Positions 1-12,567 of a DNA stretch of 56,369 nt are shown in pieces. The stretch comes from Malacoraja senta (Eukaryota), in contig JAXLNO010005827.1 of assembly GCA_038087875.1 (NCBI GenBank), positions 186,001 through 242,369 of the forward strand, given 5' to 3'. The notes under the pieces were generated by a model, which did no database searches, was not told where the DNA came from, and was given only the letters and a program-made list of their open reading frames with translations. Both the position numbers and the translations under genes were made by a program. The stretch's first letter is position 1; each line of letters opens with the position of its first letter.

Positions 1-430
1 ATCTACAGTTTTCAGATACATGATAAAGGGAATAACGTTTTAATGCGCAGGTTCTCCTCCCAATTATCCAATTCCAGACTCAGATCCAATTCCAGAAACA
101 GGCTCATGGTTCCACCAAGTCCGTGCCGACCAGCAATCCAGACACTCTTTTGGGCAAAGGTCCAGAAACATTTTCTATAATGACTAAAATCTCTCTTGTG
201 ATATGCCTGTCAAAAGAAGGTTGGTACATTAAGACTCTTAACTTTTGATATTTTAAGGAAGGTGAGTAAAGTATATTGGCATGTGATAGCAAAACTCTTT
301 CCATCTTCTCAGTCTGTCCAGAATGACCAAATCAGTAATAATATCAATAATAGAAAGTCTTGACCAAGTCATGCCACATCTGTGGGAAGACAAAAGAAGC
401 TTTGGATGAGAATCTACAAGGCATGTAGGT

Positions 431-1072
431 AGCAGATGACACCAAAGTAGGTGGTATCATAGACAGTAAAGATGGTTATCAAAAATTACAGCTGGATCTT
501 TAACAGCTGGGCAAGTGGACTAGGAATGGCAAATAGAGTTTAATACAGATAGATGCGAGGTGTTGCATTTTGGAAAGTCAAACCTGGGCAGGATTTATAA
601 GTGAATGGTAGGGCCATGAGGATTGTTATAGATCAGAAGGATCTCGGAATATAAGTACATAGCAGGTATATAAAAAAAGATAAGAAAGTAGCTTCACAGG
701 TGGTAAAAAAGGCTTTTGAAACATTGGTCTATATGGTCGATATGGTGAATGCACAGAGACATTTAGCCAGGGGAGGCAAATCAAAAACCAGTGGACATAA
801 GTTTAAGCTGAGGGGGAATAAGGAACCTGAGGGGCAACTTTTTCACTCAGAGGGTGTTGGGTTATGGAACAAACTGCCAGATGAAGTAGTTGAGGCAGCT
901 ACCATCACTGCATGTAAAAGTCACTTGGACGGGTTCATGGATAGGAAAGGTTTAGAGGCATATGGGCCAAATGCAGGTAAATGGGACTAGCTTAGATGGG
1001 GCATTTTAGTTGGCGTGAATGAGTTGGCTGAAGGGCCTGTTTTCTGTGCTGTATCACTCTATGATTCTCTAA
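431..1072 (+). mobile_element. CR1/HER1 LINE 3' fragment (degenerate RT C-terminus and 3' tail)
   Basis: Starts at GCAGATGACACCAAA (ADDTK). ORF 700-990 has WNKLPDEVVEA and YGPNAGKWD. Ends GGGCCTGTTTTCTGTGCTGTATCACTCTATGATTCT. Collinear with the younger CR1 copy at 46.4-47.7 kb. Confidence 0.85.
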
Positions 1073-1280
1073 GTTTGTTGAACTGCAGAGAAGAGAAGGG
1101 GGAATTTCTCTGATAGAGTAAACTGGGGTGACCGTGGGGAAAACTCTAACCAAGGATATCTGGTCAAACGGGGAATGGAAGAAGTTAGAAAAAAAATAGA
1201 CAAAAGAACAAGGAGTTGCAAATTGCAGAGCAGGCAGACATAACCAACTCGTAAGGCAAAGCATGTCTTCCATTTCCAGA

Positions 1281-1450
1281 ATTTTAGTTTTAGTTTTAGA
1301 GATACAGCATGGAAACAGGCTCATTGGTCGACCAAGTCCGTGCCGACCAGCGATCATCTGTACACTAGTTTTATCCTATACACTAGGAACACTTTACAGA
1401 AGCCAATTAACCTGTAAAACTGCAAGAAGAAACCCAAACAGTCATGGAGA
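1281..1450 (-). mobile_element. HE1-type V-SINE, partial (3' part)
   Basis: (TTTAG)n-AGATACAGCATGGAAACAGGC tail shared with the other SINE copies in the window. Confidence 0.75.
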
Positions 1451-1930
1451 GAAGGGTGCAGCAAAGATTTACGAGGATGTTATCAAGACTTGAGGGCCTA
1501 ACTTATAGATGGAGGTTGGGCAGGCTAGAACCTCATTCCTTGTAGCGCCAGGAGGCTTAGGTGCAATGTAATGGGGGTGTATAAAATCTTGAGGGGTATA
1601 GATTGGGTGAATACACAGTCTTTTTTGCCAGGATAGGGGAATCAAGAACTAGAGAGTATAGGTTAAAGTTGTGAGGGAATTTATTTCAGAGGAGCCTAAA
1701 GGGCAACTGCTTCACACAGAGGGTGATACAAATATAAAATAAGCTGCCACATAAGAAATGGGGCAGGTACAATAACGTCATTTAAAAGACATTTGGACAG
1801 ATACATGGACAGGAAACATTTTGGGGGATATCGGCCAAACACAGGCAAATGTGACTCGCTTAGATGACACATTTTCGTCGGTCTGGACAAGTTGGGCCGA
1901 AGGGCCCATTTCCATGTTGTATGGCTCTAA
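1451..1930 (+). mobile_element. CR1/HER1 LINE 3' fragment
   Basis: Degenerate match to the CR1 RT 3' region and the GGGCCGAAGGGCC...CCATGTTGTATGGCTCTA tail. Confidence 0.8.
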
Positions 1931-2116
1931 TGTTTTAAGTTGAGCAGTGGGGAAGAAGTGGAGAGAACAAAAGGAATGTCTAAGGTAGTGACCAGGAGAG
2001 ATTCTTTGACACAAGTGGTAGTGGTGCTGGCTGAGACCAAGTGATGAAGGCTTACAAGACATATAAATAGAAGAAGGTAAGAAAATGAAAAGGAAAATTA
2101 CCTGCTGAAACTGTAA

Positions 2117-2319
2117 AGGGCCTGTCCCATTTGGGCGTCATTTGCGCGTCACCCAGGTGGCAGGCGAAGATTTTGTGAATCCCAAAATGCTGGGGCGCCG
2201 CACACGACCGCGCGTCGCTGCCTCTGCCACCACGTCTCACCACGCGCCAATCATGCGTGTGACGCGTAAATGATGTCGCGTAAATGATGCGCAAATAACG
2301 CCCAAGTGGGACAGACCCT
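2117..2319. mobile_element. PIF/Harbinger-type MITE
   Basis: TIRs AGGGCCTGTCCCATTTGGGCGTCATTTGCGC and GCGCAAATAACGCCCAAGTGGGACAGACCCT. TAA on both sides (2114-2116, 2320-2322). Confidence 0.85.
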
Positions 2320-2945
2320 TAAGGTAAAGCATTTGATGAAAATGCTAGAAATGGAGAGCAGAAAAATAGTTAAAGTTTCAGGTTGCTGACCTCATCAGGA
2401 CTGGCCAGTTTTGATAAAGGAGTGTATCTGTATTTCTAATCTAGTGAAATCATTTCATGTTCAAAAAGTTAAACTCATACACTGCTTTGATTTCAATCCT
2501 TTTACATGGAAGAAGTATCTGGGATTACTGACAAACACAAACACACGTATATTAGGAATGCTAATTGGGAGATCAATAAAGAAATTACTATGCCAGCAAG
2601 CTTTTATTCAGTGTATACTGCTACAGACTGAGTGCTAGTTATACTGAATTCCCAAATGAGTGCTATTCTGTTGTGACACTGAAACATAGTCGGCTGGATT
2701 GTCACTTTCAATGCAGGGGACATACATCAACCATTAACCTCTTCACCTTAGATAATTTATATGTCTTAATTCTCCTAAGTCACTATAAATCTGAATTGCA
2801 ATATGATTCAATTGCTATTTGTCCACAGGTTTACATGTCACACAAAATGTTGTGATAACCATGTGCAGTGAGAAGCAGACACGATATGAATATATGTTTC
2901 AGCCAACTAGTGTTATTTTTTCTGGCACCTTTTAAAGGAAGGACA

Positions 2946-3788
2946 TCTATCTATACTATTATTAAAACTCTCATCTTGACCACTTCCAGTTTGCTTTTTA
3001 AAAAAAAATATTGTGCAAAACCGTACACTATATTGCTAGGATTGTTTCGCCACCTTACTCACCGTTCTCCTCTGCTCCAAGCGCACCATGTTTTGTTCCG
3101 ATCGGTGGAATATTACAAACGTTATGAAGGTTTAAAAAATCGTGAGATCAGCAGAATGGTCTTCTTGCCTGTCAGTCACCATGAAGGTAACGCCCCTCCC
3201 GGGCGAGGAGAATAATACCCCGGAGGCGGGGCTGAGTCCACAAGCCGTGTGGAGTTGGGGGAAGGCGCTGTGTGGAGTCGGGGGTAGCTGCTGTGTGGAG
3301 TCGGGGGAAGCCGCTGTGTGGAGTCGGGGGAAGCCGTTGTGTGGAGTTGGGGAAAGCTGCTGTGTGGAGTCGGGCAAGCCGATGAGTGGAGTCGGGCAAG
3401 CCGCTGAGTGGAGCCAGCAGGAGCTGTGTGGTGCTGTGGCCGGTGGCCGCTGAGTGGAGTCCCTCCCCCAACACACCCCACTCTCCCCCCACACACCCCA
3501 CTCTCCCCCACACCCCCACACACACCCCCTTCCCTCTCCCCCTCCCCCTTCCCCCCTCCCACCACCCCATCATCCCCACACACACACCCTCCCCCAATAC
3601 ACCCACACCTCCCCTTTACCCTTCCCTGTTCCTCCCTCCTTCCCCCACACCCCCCTCCCCCACACCACACCCCATCCCCCACACCACCCTTCCCACACAC
3701 CATGGTGAAATATTGCATTGTGGAATGGGCTGCGTTGGGGGACCATTCCTCCCATGTGACTGGGACCCACAGGTCCCACTTAGTCTAG
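2946..3788 (+). mobile_element. Non-autonomous Helitron
   Basis: 5' end A|TCTATCTATACTATTATTAAAA. Subterminal hairpin TGGGACC-CACA-GGTCCCA (3761-3778). 3' end CTAG|T. No TSD. Confidence 0.8.
3243..3460. repeat. ~20-bp GC-rich minisatellite (GCCGCTGTGTGGAGTCGGGGAA-like) inside the Helitron
   Basis: About ten degenerate tandem units are visible, followed by a C/A-rich tract to ~3700. Confidence 0.85.
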
Positions 3789-4239
3789 TATAAAAATATT
3801 AGCTTGTCGTTTACCATTTAATGCAGTTTTTTTTAATATTTAAATTTCTACCAAGTAACCCCCTAATTGTTAATCCTACTCCAGATACTTACAGTAATAT
3901 CTAATCACTTTTGATGTGTGGTGGTTTCAAAATGTACTTTGTTCTTTCTAAAATTATTTTATCACTCTCCAAAGCTAGATAACACTGAAGAGATTCTTGC
4001 ATTATTGAGGCAAATTTCAAATGATTATTCCAATAATATATTTTTGCATGGTTCTGCAAAATTGGTTTCATAAAGTCCATAATGTTTTGGAACAATCTTA
4101 ACATCTTGTACAACTTCCTTTTATAACTGAAATAGAATTCCATCCATAAAAATAAAAATTCAAACCAAGAAGTTAAAACAAATCATTATCAACAACAACT
4201 TGCATTTATATTGCACCTTGAGCGTAGAGAACCATTTTA

Positions 4240-4860
4240 AGAATGGGGGATCGGGGAAACTTTTTTTCAATCTCTTACCTTGCCGGAGATGCGATTGTTT
4301 TCCGGATTGGATCTCCGGTCGCTCTGCAGCCTAACATCATGGAGCTGGCGGCCTTGCTCGGAACTGACTTCGAGCCCCACCGTGGGGCGTGGACTTACCA
4401 TCGGAGGCGATCCCTTGCCTGGGATCAACGCTCCAACTGCGGCCTGCGGACTTTAACATCTAGGAGCTCGCAGTCTCGGGTTGAGACCGACGTCGGGAAG
4501 CTCCAAAAGCCACACGACGTTCGACTAGCCCCGACCCGGGGTAGATTGCTAGAGCTGAGATTCCCCCATGATGCAGGAGCTAAATCGCCCCGATGAGGAG
4601 GCCCGCCGCCAACTACGGGAGTAAGATCACCCTGTCAACGGAAGGTTAGAGGCCCCCGACCGCGGGAGGACAAAGAAGGGAAAGATTGAACTTTCTTTCC
4701 CCTTCCATCACAGTGAGGAATGTGGAGGAATCACTGTCGTGGATCTTTATGTTAAAATGTATTTTGTGTATTCTGTTGCTTTTTATTGGTATGACTGTAT
4801 GGCAAATCAAATTCCTCGTATGTTGTAAAACATACTTAGCTAAGAAAGTATTATTATGAG
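4240..4860 (+). mobile_element. Non-autonomous GC-rich retroposon with Rex1/Babar-like 3' end, 5' truncated
   Basis: Shares CCTTCCATCACAG...GTATGACTG...AAATT with the reverse complement of 30403-30580. Terminal stem-loop GTATGTT-GTAA-AACATAC, then a (TAT)n tail. Confidence 0.6.
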
Positions 4861-5807
4861 AAGTGATCTAATATAAATTAATGACAGGGCAAGCAACTGG
4901 GAGTAATGATCAAAGAATTGGGGAGTGGATATTGTAAATATTGTAAATGTAAATTAACTTGCAAGGGCAATCTTTGCAACTATGGCAGCCTCAACAAGAC
5001 ATATACCAGACTATTTGGAAGAGATGAGGACTATTCCGGCCTTCTTGATGGAACCACAGCTGCTTCTCTGGCAGCATGGAGAGGAGCAGGTTGGAACGTT
5101 CTGAGCGAGCGATTCCAGGATTCAATGGTTGCCATCACACCAGCCATAAAGATGTGCCTCGAATCACAGACTCGCCAGTGAAAGTAAGTAGTTGTAGTCT
5201 GAGAACCTAATGCTGCCTACTCTACACTAGCGTAAACTTCATCTTTCAACTTCATATCACCATGACAAAGCACACACCAAGTAAAGAAATCTTCTATACT
5301 TGGAGTTAGTTTTATACATTATCCTGAATTGCAGATGGATCACTTCTTTGGGGATTCTTTATCAGAAGGGAATGTCAGCGATATATATCTATTGACTTGA
5401 ATGTAAATGAAAATCAAGAGAGATGTGCAGAAAGCTGCTTCTTTTCATTGACTGCTTTGCACTATTGGTCAAACTACCCAACGCTCTGCTGATTTGGAGA
5501 TAATACTTACCTTCTAACTCTAAGTTTATTTACCTATGTGACTGAAAGTCTTTCAGCTATGAATGTTATAGCTTTGCCCAACTCGTTTTCTGGTGGATCA
5601 CCCATCCATTTCAAGAGTCAATAACTTAAATATGGTATTATTCCACACAGTTCAATATATTGTTTTCCTGGAGACTGCACAATCTTCTTCATGTACTCAA
5701 TGAATGCAGCACTACCCCTTCCTGTTTGACCTCAGCTTATGTTGCAACTAAATTTGTCATTGTGAAAAAATGTATGGTTGTGATTGTCCTAAAAACTAAT
5801 TGGTAGT

Positions 5808-5923
5808 TTCCCGGAACCCTGGATACTTAATATGTAATCGTTAAACAAAGTTTGTATTGGTTTGGACTATGATATGCAGATACCTCTAATAAAAATTTAA
5901 ATAAAAAACAATAAAAAAAAAAA
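5808..5923 (+). mobile_element. Poly(A)-tailed LINE (L1/Tx1-like) extreme 3' end
   Basis: AATAAA plus A-rich tail. Nearly identical to the reverse complement of 31748-31856. Confidence 0.65.
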
Positions 5924-6070
5924 TTGGATTGTGTTTTCTCATGATAATATGTTGCCATCTGAAAATTAAATTAATTTACAGAAAAAAACAAGGCACGTCT
6001 GTCTGTTTCCTTCCACCTGAACAAATATATACACACATTGAGTGTGTAGGAAGGAACTTTAAACCGATGA

Positions 6071-6595
6071 TAGACATAAAATGCTGGAGTAACTCAGCAG
6101 CATCACTGGAGAGAAGGAATGGGTGACATTTTGGGTCGAGACCCTTCTTCAGACTGAGAGTCAGGGGAAAGGGAAATGAGAGATATAGATGGTGATGTAG
6201 AGAGATGTAAAACAAATGAATGAAAGATATGCAAAAAGGTAACGATGATAAATGAAACAGGCCATTGTTAGCTGTTTGCTAGGTGAGAACGAGAAGCTGG
6301 TGCAACTTGGGTGGGGGGGATGGAGTGAGAGGGAATGCAGGGGTTACTTGAAGTTACAAAAATCAATATTCATACAACTGGGTTGTAAGCTGCCCAAGCA
6401 AAATATGAAATGCCATACCACTGGGCTCACATTTCTCTTGGGCAGCTTTTAACCCAGTGGTATGGCATCTCATATTTCGCTTGGGCAGCATACAACCCAG
6501 TGGTATGAATATTGATTTCCCTAAAAACGTCACCCATTCCTTCTCTCCAGAGATGCTGCCTGTCCCGCTGAGTTACTCTAGCATTTTGTGTCCAA
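6071..6595. mobile_element. Penelope-like element 3' fragments in inverted arrangement
   Basis: Minus strand 6343-6410 encodes IF(C)LGSLQPS(C)MNIDF(C)NFK*, a Penelope ORF C-terminus. 6457-6595 is an inverted partial copy. Hammerhead-like core at 6125-6152 (-). Confidence 0.7.
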
Positions 6596-7317
6596 ACATT
6601 CATTGAGTTCTCTATACAATTTGTCTTGAGAAACCTAACATATATTCTCTGTCTTCCACATTTACCATGGCAGCAGTTATTCAGGATTTTGTTTTTGTGT
6701 TTATCAAAAATGGCTTCAGTCCTTCTAACCATCTGCTACACAAGGTACATTTCAGTAATGTACAAATAATTTGCTTGCTTTCATAACATTTTCAATATAC
6801 AGTATTTCAGAATAAGCTACTTTAAATTAAAATAATTTTGTATAGATATCTCATAAACTACAATTTTCTACCTGTTTAATTCAAATGTGGCATGCTTTTG
6901 TAAAAATGTTCCTTTTTAACAAAAGATTTATTTTTATATTTCATTTTCCTATTCATGTATAATACCACAAAAACATAAATGTATTTTATATGGTTTAATA
7001 AACTGTTCAGGGATTAATAAAATATATAAACGTTGTCATCTCTCTACACAGTACTATCAGCACTGACATTATAGTCCATCCACCTCTCTTCTCTGCTATT
7101 ATATTAATTCTTATCTTTGTACATCCTTTCCACTTTTAGATCTGAGAGTGTGAATACCTCGGAAATAACTCTCAACAATACTGCCATATAAATGTTTAAC
7201 CTGCTTGTATTAAATTATTTTATGGAAGTGTTCAATTGCAACTTGATTTTAAAATTTAGTTGAGGTTCTTCTTGTGAATCCTCACATTGATATCCAATGT
7301 ATTTTTCCGTGAATTAT

Positions 7318-7635
7318 TTAGTTTAGTTTAGTTGAGAGATACAGCGTGGTCACAGGCCCTTTGGCCCACCGAGTCCGTGCCGGCCAGTGATCCCTGCACA
7401 TTAACACTATCCTACACACATGAGGGCCAATTTTACATTTATACCAAGCAAATTAACCTACAAACCTGTACGTCTTTGGAGTGTGGGAGGAAACCGAAGA
7501 TCTTGGAGAAAACCCAAGCAGGTCACGGGGAGAACGTACAAACTCCGTACAGACAGCGCCCGTAGTCAGGATCGAACCTGGGTCTCCGACGCTTTAAGCG
7601 CTGTAAGGCAGCAACTCTACCGCTGCGTCACCTTG
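7318..7635 (-). mobile_element. HE1-type V-SINE, near full length
   Basis: On the minus strand: tRNA-like head with B-box GGTTCGATCC, V-core GGAGTTTGTACGTTCTCCCCGTG...TTTCCTCCCACACTCCAAAGAC, CR1-like tail and (CTAAA)n. Confidence 0.9.
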
Positions 7636-7939
7636 CGATTGGAGATTGGACAAGGAAAGACAACCCAGTTTGACTTCCCCTCCTGGCAGGCGTTTAGTGA
7701 ATTGACATTAGACGACCAGCCAATATCTCCAGTCTGAGGCTTGCACCAAGTTTGAGTGCCATTGACACTTTTCTACACCTAATTTCGAGCCATAACAGTT
7801 GTTTGCCCAAATAGATTTCTGGTGGATCATCCATCTATTTTAAGAGAGAAGAACTTACATTAGGTATTATTCTACACAGTTCAATCCATTGTTTCCACAG
7901 AATCAGAACACAAATATTTCCAGGATATGAGCGTTAATT

Positions 7940-8240
7940 TCTTTAGACTTTAGACTTTAGAGATCCAACACAAAAACAGGCAGTTCAGCCCAAAGAGTCC
8001 ACGTCAACCAGCGATCACCCCATTCTACACACAAAGGACAATTTACAATTTACAGAAGCCAATTAACCTATCAATCCATACGTCTTTGCAGTGTGGGAGG
8101 AAATCGTAGCACCCGGAGAAAATCCACGTGGTGACAGGGAGAACGTACAAACTCCATACAGACAGTACCCATAGTCAGGATCAAACCTGGGTCTCCGACA
8201 TTGAAAGGCAGCAACTCTACTGCTGCACCATTGTGCCGCC
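7940..8240 (-). mobile_element. HE1-type V-SINE
   Basis: Same head, core and tail as 7318-7635. Confidence 0.88.
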
Positions 8241-8689
8241 AGTTTTTAAAAGGAATGACAGATGCTTCAGACATGTATATTTCTCAGATATATAGGGAGA
8301 CATACAGCAGGACAATGCTTTGTGATATAATTTACAACCGCTTCAACATAACTGACCAATCAACCCTTGGGTAACCCAGCCCAGAGGAACACTGCTGGAA
8401 CATTTGAACCAAAATAAATCTTACCAGGCCTCTCCTGGCCTTCAGTAAAAGTCATTCGACACCAAAGGAGTCCCAAAGGAGTTCAATAGAGTCCCAATCC
8501 ACTTAAAGAAGCAACAAATAATGTTTTAATATATCAGTTTTTTGAATTTGGACATCATCACTAAGACCAGCTTTATTCCTTTAATTACCTTTTCAACAAT
8601 AGTGTGATGAGTCCTTATCTTGAACAACTGTTGTCCTTTTGGTGAAGGAATCTCCGACCAGTCTGACTGTCGCACTGATCACACTGTAT

Positions 8690-8990
8690 CTCTGTTTGTT
8701 TTGATATCAACTTCACCTAGTTAACAATGGTCCCACTTGGGCGTCATTTGCGCGTAATTTATGCGACATCATTTACGCGCGCATGGTGCGTGGTGATGTA
8801 GGCAGGATTTTGGAATGTACAAATTCTTTGCGCGCCATCTGCGTAACGCGCAAATGACGCCCAAGTGGGACAGGCCCTTTATCTCCGTAGCTTCCTCTCC
8901 CCTGATACTAAGTCTGAAGAAGGGCCTTGTTCCTTCTATCCAGAGATGCTGCCTGTCTCACTGAGTTTTCCAGCATTTTGTGTCGATCTG
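8690..8990 (+). mobile_element. Penelope-like 3' fragment interrupted by a MITE
   Basis: TCTGAAGAAGGG...CCAGAGATGCTGCCTGTCTCACTGAGTTTTCCAGCATTTTGTGTC matches the 6071-6595 family. Confidence 0.6.
8730..8878. mobile_element. Harbinger-type MITE, same family as 2117-2319, left tip missing
   Basis: GTCCCACTTGGGCGTCATTTGCGCG ... CGCGCAAATGACGCCCAAGTGGGACAGGCCCT|TTA. Confidence 0.8.
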
Positions 8991-10744
8991 TCCTGCTGAT
9001 TAAGGTGCTCACGCTGCTGTTAGATAGGAAGTTTCAAGGTTTAGACCCATTAACCATAAAGCACCAGAGACATGTGCTAAACAGAACATTTTTACTGGCA
9101 ATATGAAGTTGCAAATTGGGATTGGCACAAATTAGGTAAGTTCCCACTCCATTTTAACAATGTCTATGTGAGTGGAAAGACTGAAGAAATGCAGAGGAGG
9201 AATAATTAAAGTTACAGTGCAGAATGACAGTGTGATGGCACTTGATCTTTTTACCAATCCAATCGATCCCATTTCCTCACTGCTGCCCAACATCATGCAA
9301 TCATCTACCTTCAAATATTCAACCAGTTCCACTTTGAAACAGTGATTAAATCAATATGCACCAGTTGGATGGGGTAGTGGGATATTGGGAGGAATGTGTG
9401 CACACCAGGGTGTGGCCACTAAAAAGTAATGGTGGGGGGCTTCCATAGGATTCAGTTTTAACTTGGTGGATGAGAATTTTGCGATGTGAACCAATGTTTC
9501 TTCAGTGACATCTTGATCACACATATCTTCTTAATGCATTTCCACTTTACCAGCCACTACCTTTCTTATAATAGAGGCAAGGAGCAGCTGGTCAAGATCG
9601 AATTCTGTCCAAGTTGTCCAAATCTAACACTGCTGATTTTACTTTGAGAGACACAAGGCCAGGATGTAGATGTAAAAGGGTATTGATGAGCAACATAGTA
9701 TCGTTCTCATCACGTCTGACATTATTAGTGGATTTTAGAACTTCTATTCTCAGTCATTTTCAAATTGCATCATTAAAATAGTACACAACAAATTCCTGTA
9801 TCACGTGGGATTGCTTAGATTTCAAATTGTAAGCTTTCCCCTACAAACTTACAAATACTTATCACCCATTAACCTTCCCAAACCAAACCAAAGTACTGAG
9901 GACTTCCTGTCATGTTGCAATTGATATCACCATTACCCAATGATGCTGGAACAAACCTGAGGCAGTGAATTAATCAAGCATAGAAACACAAGGGCCGCTC
10001 TTGAAATGAGAATAACTTGCTATAAATTAAGCTTAATGTGCAAGGTTTGGAAACCTGCAATGGAAATTTTTATGGTTTCTGTAAACGTTCCAGCTACAGT
10101 ATTTTCCTTACTTGGCAGTTAACTTCCATCAGGAATTACTGTCCATTGTAGAATCGCAGAGTATTTATGGCACAGAAAGAGATCAATTGGTCCATTGTGT
10201 CCATTTGCAAAAGAGGTCCCAATATATCACATCTTCCCATGCGTGATCCATTCCCATGCATTTAACATCTCACACACCGGCACTTTTAAAAAACTGAGAT
10301 AAGATTCTTGCCTGTCCTGTTCTTTCAGTAATTTCAGACCCTTCCACTATCCAAATGAAGAACAAACTTACTCATTTCCCCTCTAATCCAACCACTGCTT
10401 TAAATCTATATCATTTAAAAAAAAATACAACCTATGGTTCAATATCTCAGCCCATGTAAAGGCCTTGCTGCATCCGATGGACTGATTTACCAGTGAAGCA
10501 ACACAGATGCATTCAAGAAGAACTGTTTAGGATCCTATTTTTTGTTGGACCAGCCATAAAATCGATGGCTGTGATCTAGAAGTTCTTTGTGCATCGTACT
10601 GAACTGAGCGAGCATTAATAATAAACAAAGATTAGTTGACAAGTTAATGCTCTTCACTAAGGGCAATTCTTGGTTGGTTCTTGGTTTCTTGATCCTCCAA
10701 AATATTCCAAATGGAATTTAAACTGGAGGTGGTGGAGGGAGGAC

Positions 10745-12318
10745 TTAAGCCAGAAAGGGTTTTTGGGAAGAAAGAGCTACCTTAAATTTAGTTGTATCTG
10801 GTTGGGTAACTATAGTAGGGTGGAGATTATTCCATGCTTTAATTGTGCGGGGGAAGAATGAATTGCTGTACACATCTGTCTTGGTAGCTGGAATCACAAA
10901 TTGGATTGAATGCCCTCGTCTGCTCCTAATTGGTTTGGGTTTGGTGTAGGTCTTGTAATCTATGTTGAGCTGACCATTTAACATTTTGTAAAAACAGGTC
11001 AAACGGTGAGCTTCACGTCTGTCTTGGAGAGGGTTCCACCCCTGAGAATTCAGAAGTTTGGTAACACTCGCTTCTCTCTCATAGGTGTTAGTAACAAATC
11101 GAGCTGCCTGTCTTTGGACACGTTCGATGGAAGAAATGTTTTTGTTTGTGTATGGGTCCCATGCTGCAACTGCGTAGTCCAAATGAGGTCTAACGAGGGT
11201 GAAGTATAGCTTCTCCTTGACAGAAGTTGAACAATGATGAAAGTTGCGCCTCATAAAATTTAGGACATCTGTTGCTTTCACCGTTGCATGATGAGTCTGA
11301 CCATTCCAACGCAGATCATTCTGCAATTTGATGCCAAGATACTTGGTTTGTTTGGATTCTTCAAGGGTGGTACCAAGTATATTGTACGATGTTTCGCCTG
11401 GATTCTTCTTTCTGGTGACACGCATGGTTTCACATTTGGAAGGGTTGAACTGCATGCCCCATTGGTGTGACCACTCAACCATTGTATCGAGGTCCTTTTG
11501 GAGAGCATCTTCATCATCAGTTGACTTAATTGGACGGTACAGCAAACAATCATCAGCGAATAGTCTGGTCGTGCTTGCGACTTTTTCATGGATGTCATTT
11601 ATGTAAAGCAAAAACAGATGTGGGCCAAGTATTGTGCCCTGAGGTGTACCACTCAACACTGGATGCCAATTGGAGCTCTTTCCGTTCACACACACACGCT
11701 GAAGACGTTTTGTCAGGAAACTGGAAATCCATCGTTTCGTGTTGGAACGAATACCATAGAAGTCAAGCTCCGAAGCAGTCTCTGGTGTGGGATGACATCA
11801 AATGCTTTAGAAAAGTCCAGCACTACTAAATCCGTGATGACATTACCATCAAGATGTTTGGCCAGGTCATTTGTCGTCAGGATAAGCTGAGACTCACATG
11901 ATCTATGCCTCCTAAATGCATGTTGGTTGTCAGCAAGAATATTATGTTTGCTCACGTGTCGCATCAGATTACTATAAATTACATGCTCCAGTAATTTGCA
12001 GCAAGTACTTGTTAATGAAACAGGACGATAATTCGCTGGGTTGGTGGTTGAACCCTTCTTAAAGAGAGGAGTGATGTTAGCCTTCCTCCAATCCAGCGGA
12101 ACATCACCTGAGTCAAGCGATTGTTGGAAAATGAACTGCAAAACTGGAGCCAGTTCTTCGGCCGCGATCTTGAGGGCTTGATTCTGTATCTGATCTGGTC
12201 CAATTGCTTTTGTGGTATTGATGTTGAGCAATAACTTCTTGACACCTTCAACCTCAATTTTAATAGCAGGCATATCAGCATACGGGCTGGGCGGTAGAAC
12301 TGGAAATGATGAAGGCAC
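10745..12318 (-). pseudogene. LINE reverse transcriptase (frameshifted)
   Basis: Motifs GPDQI, NYRPVSLT, LDFSKAFD, GTPQGTILGP, LFADD, LVRPHLDYA and FFPRTI..WNNL. Confidence 0.93.
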
Positions 12319-12567
12319 GATCGACTTGCTTTCACATTCTAGTAAAATTGTCCCAGTCCAGTTTTGTACCCGTTTTTTTTGTACGGATATAAGACTTCAC
12401 TTTCTTACTGCAGAGACGTTTCAGTTTTGCCGAAAACCAAGGAGGACGCATACGGCCCTTAATGAGTTTTTGAGGAACATGATTTGTAACAATATTATTT
12501 AAAGAGTTTCTCAGCCACACCCAGTTGTCATTTACCGATCTTTTATCTGGTTGCAGGTTGAAGAAAT

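Noticed and set aside
3243-3460. CRISPR-like array
   Set aside because: Units are tandem with no unique spacers, no cas genes are present, and the context is eukaryotic.
3132-3793. Many overlapping Pro/His/Gly-rich ORFs
   Set aside because: Artefacts of the minisatellite and C-rich tract inside the Helitron.
5030-5190. Possible host exon ending at AAA|GTAAGT (5184)
   Set aside because: Good donor, but no convincing acceptor, no recognisable protein in any frame and no partner exons. RNA-seq would be needed.
7560-7635. tRNA gene (also at ~26890-26965)
   Set aside because: The A/B boxes belong to tRNA-derived V-SINE heads that run straight into the SINE core.
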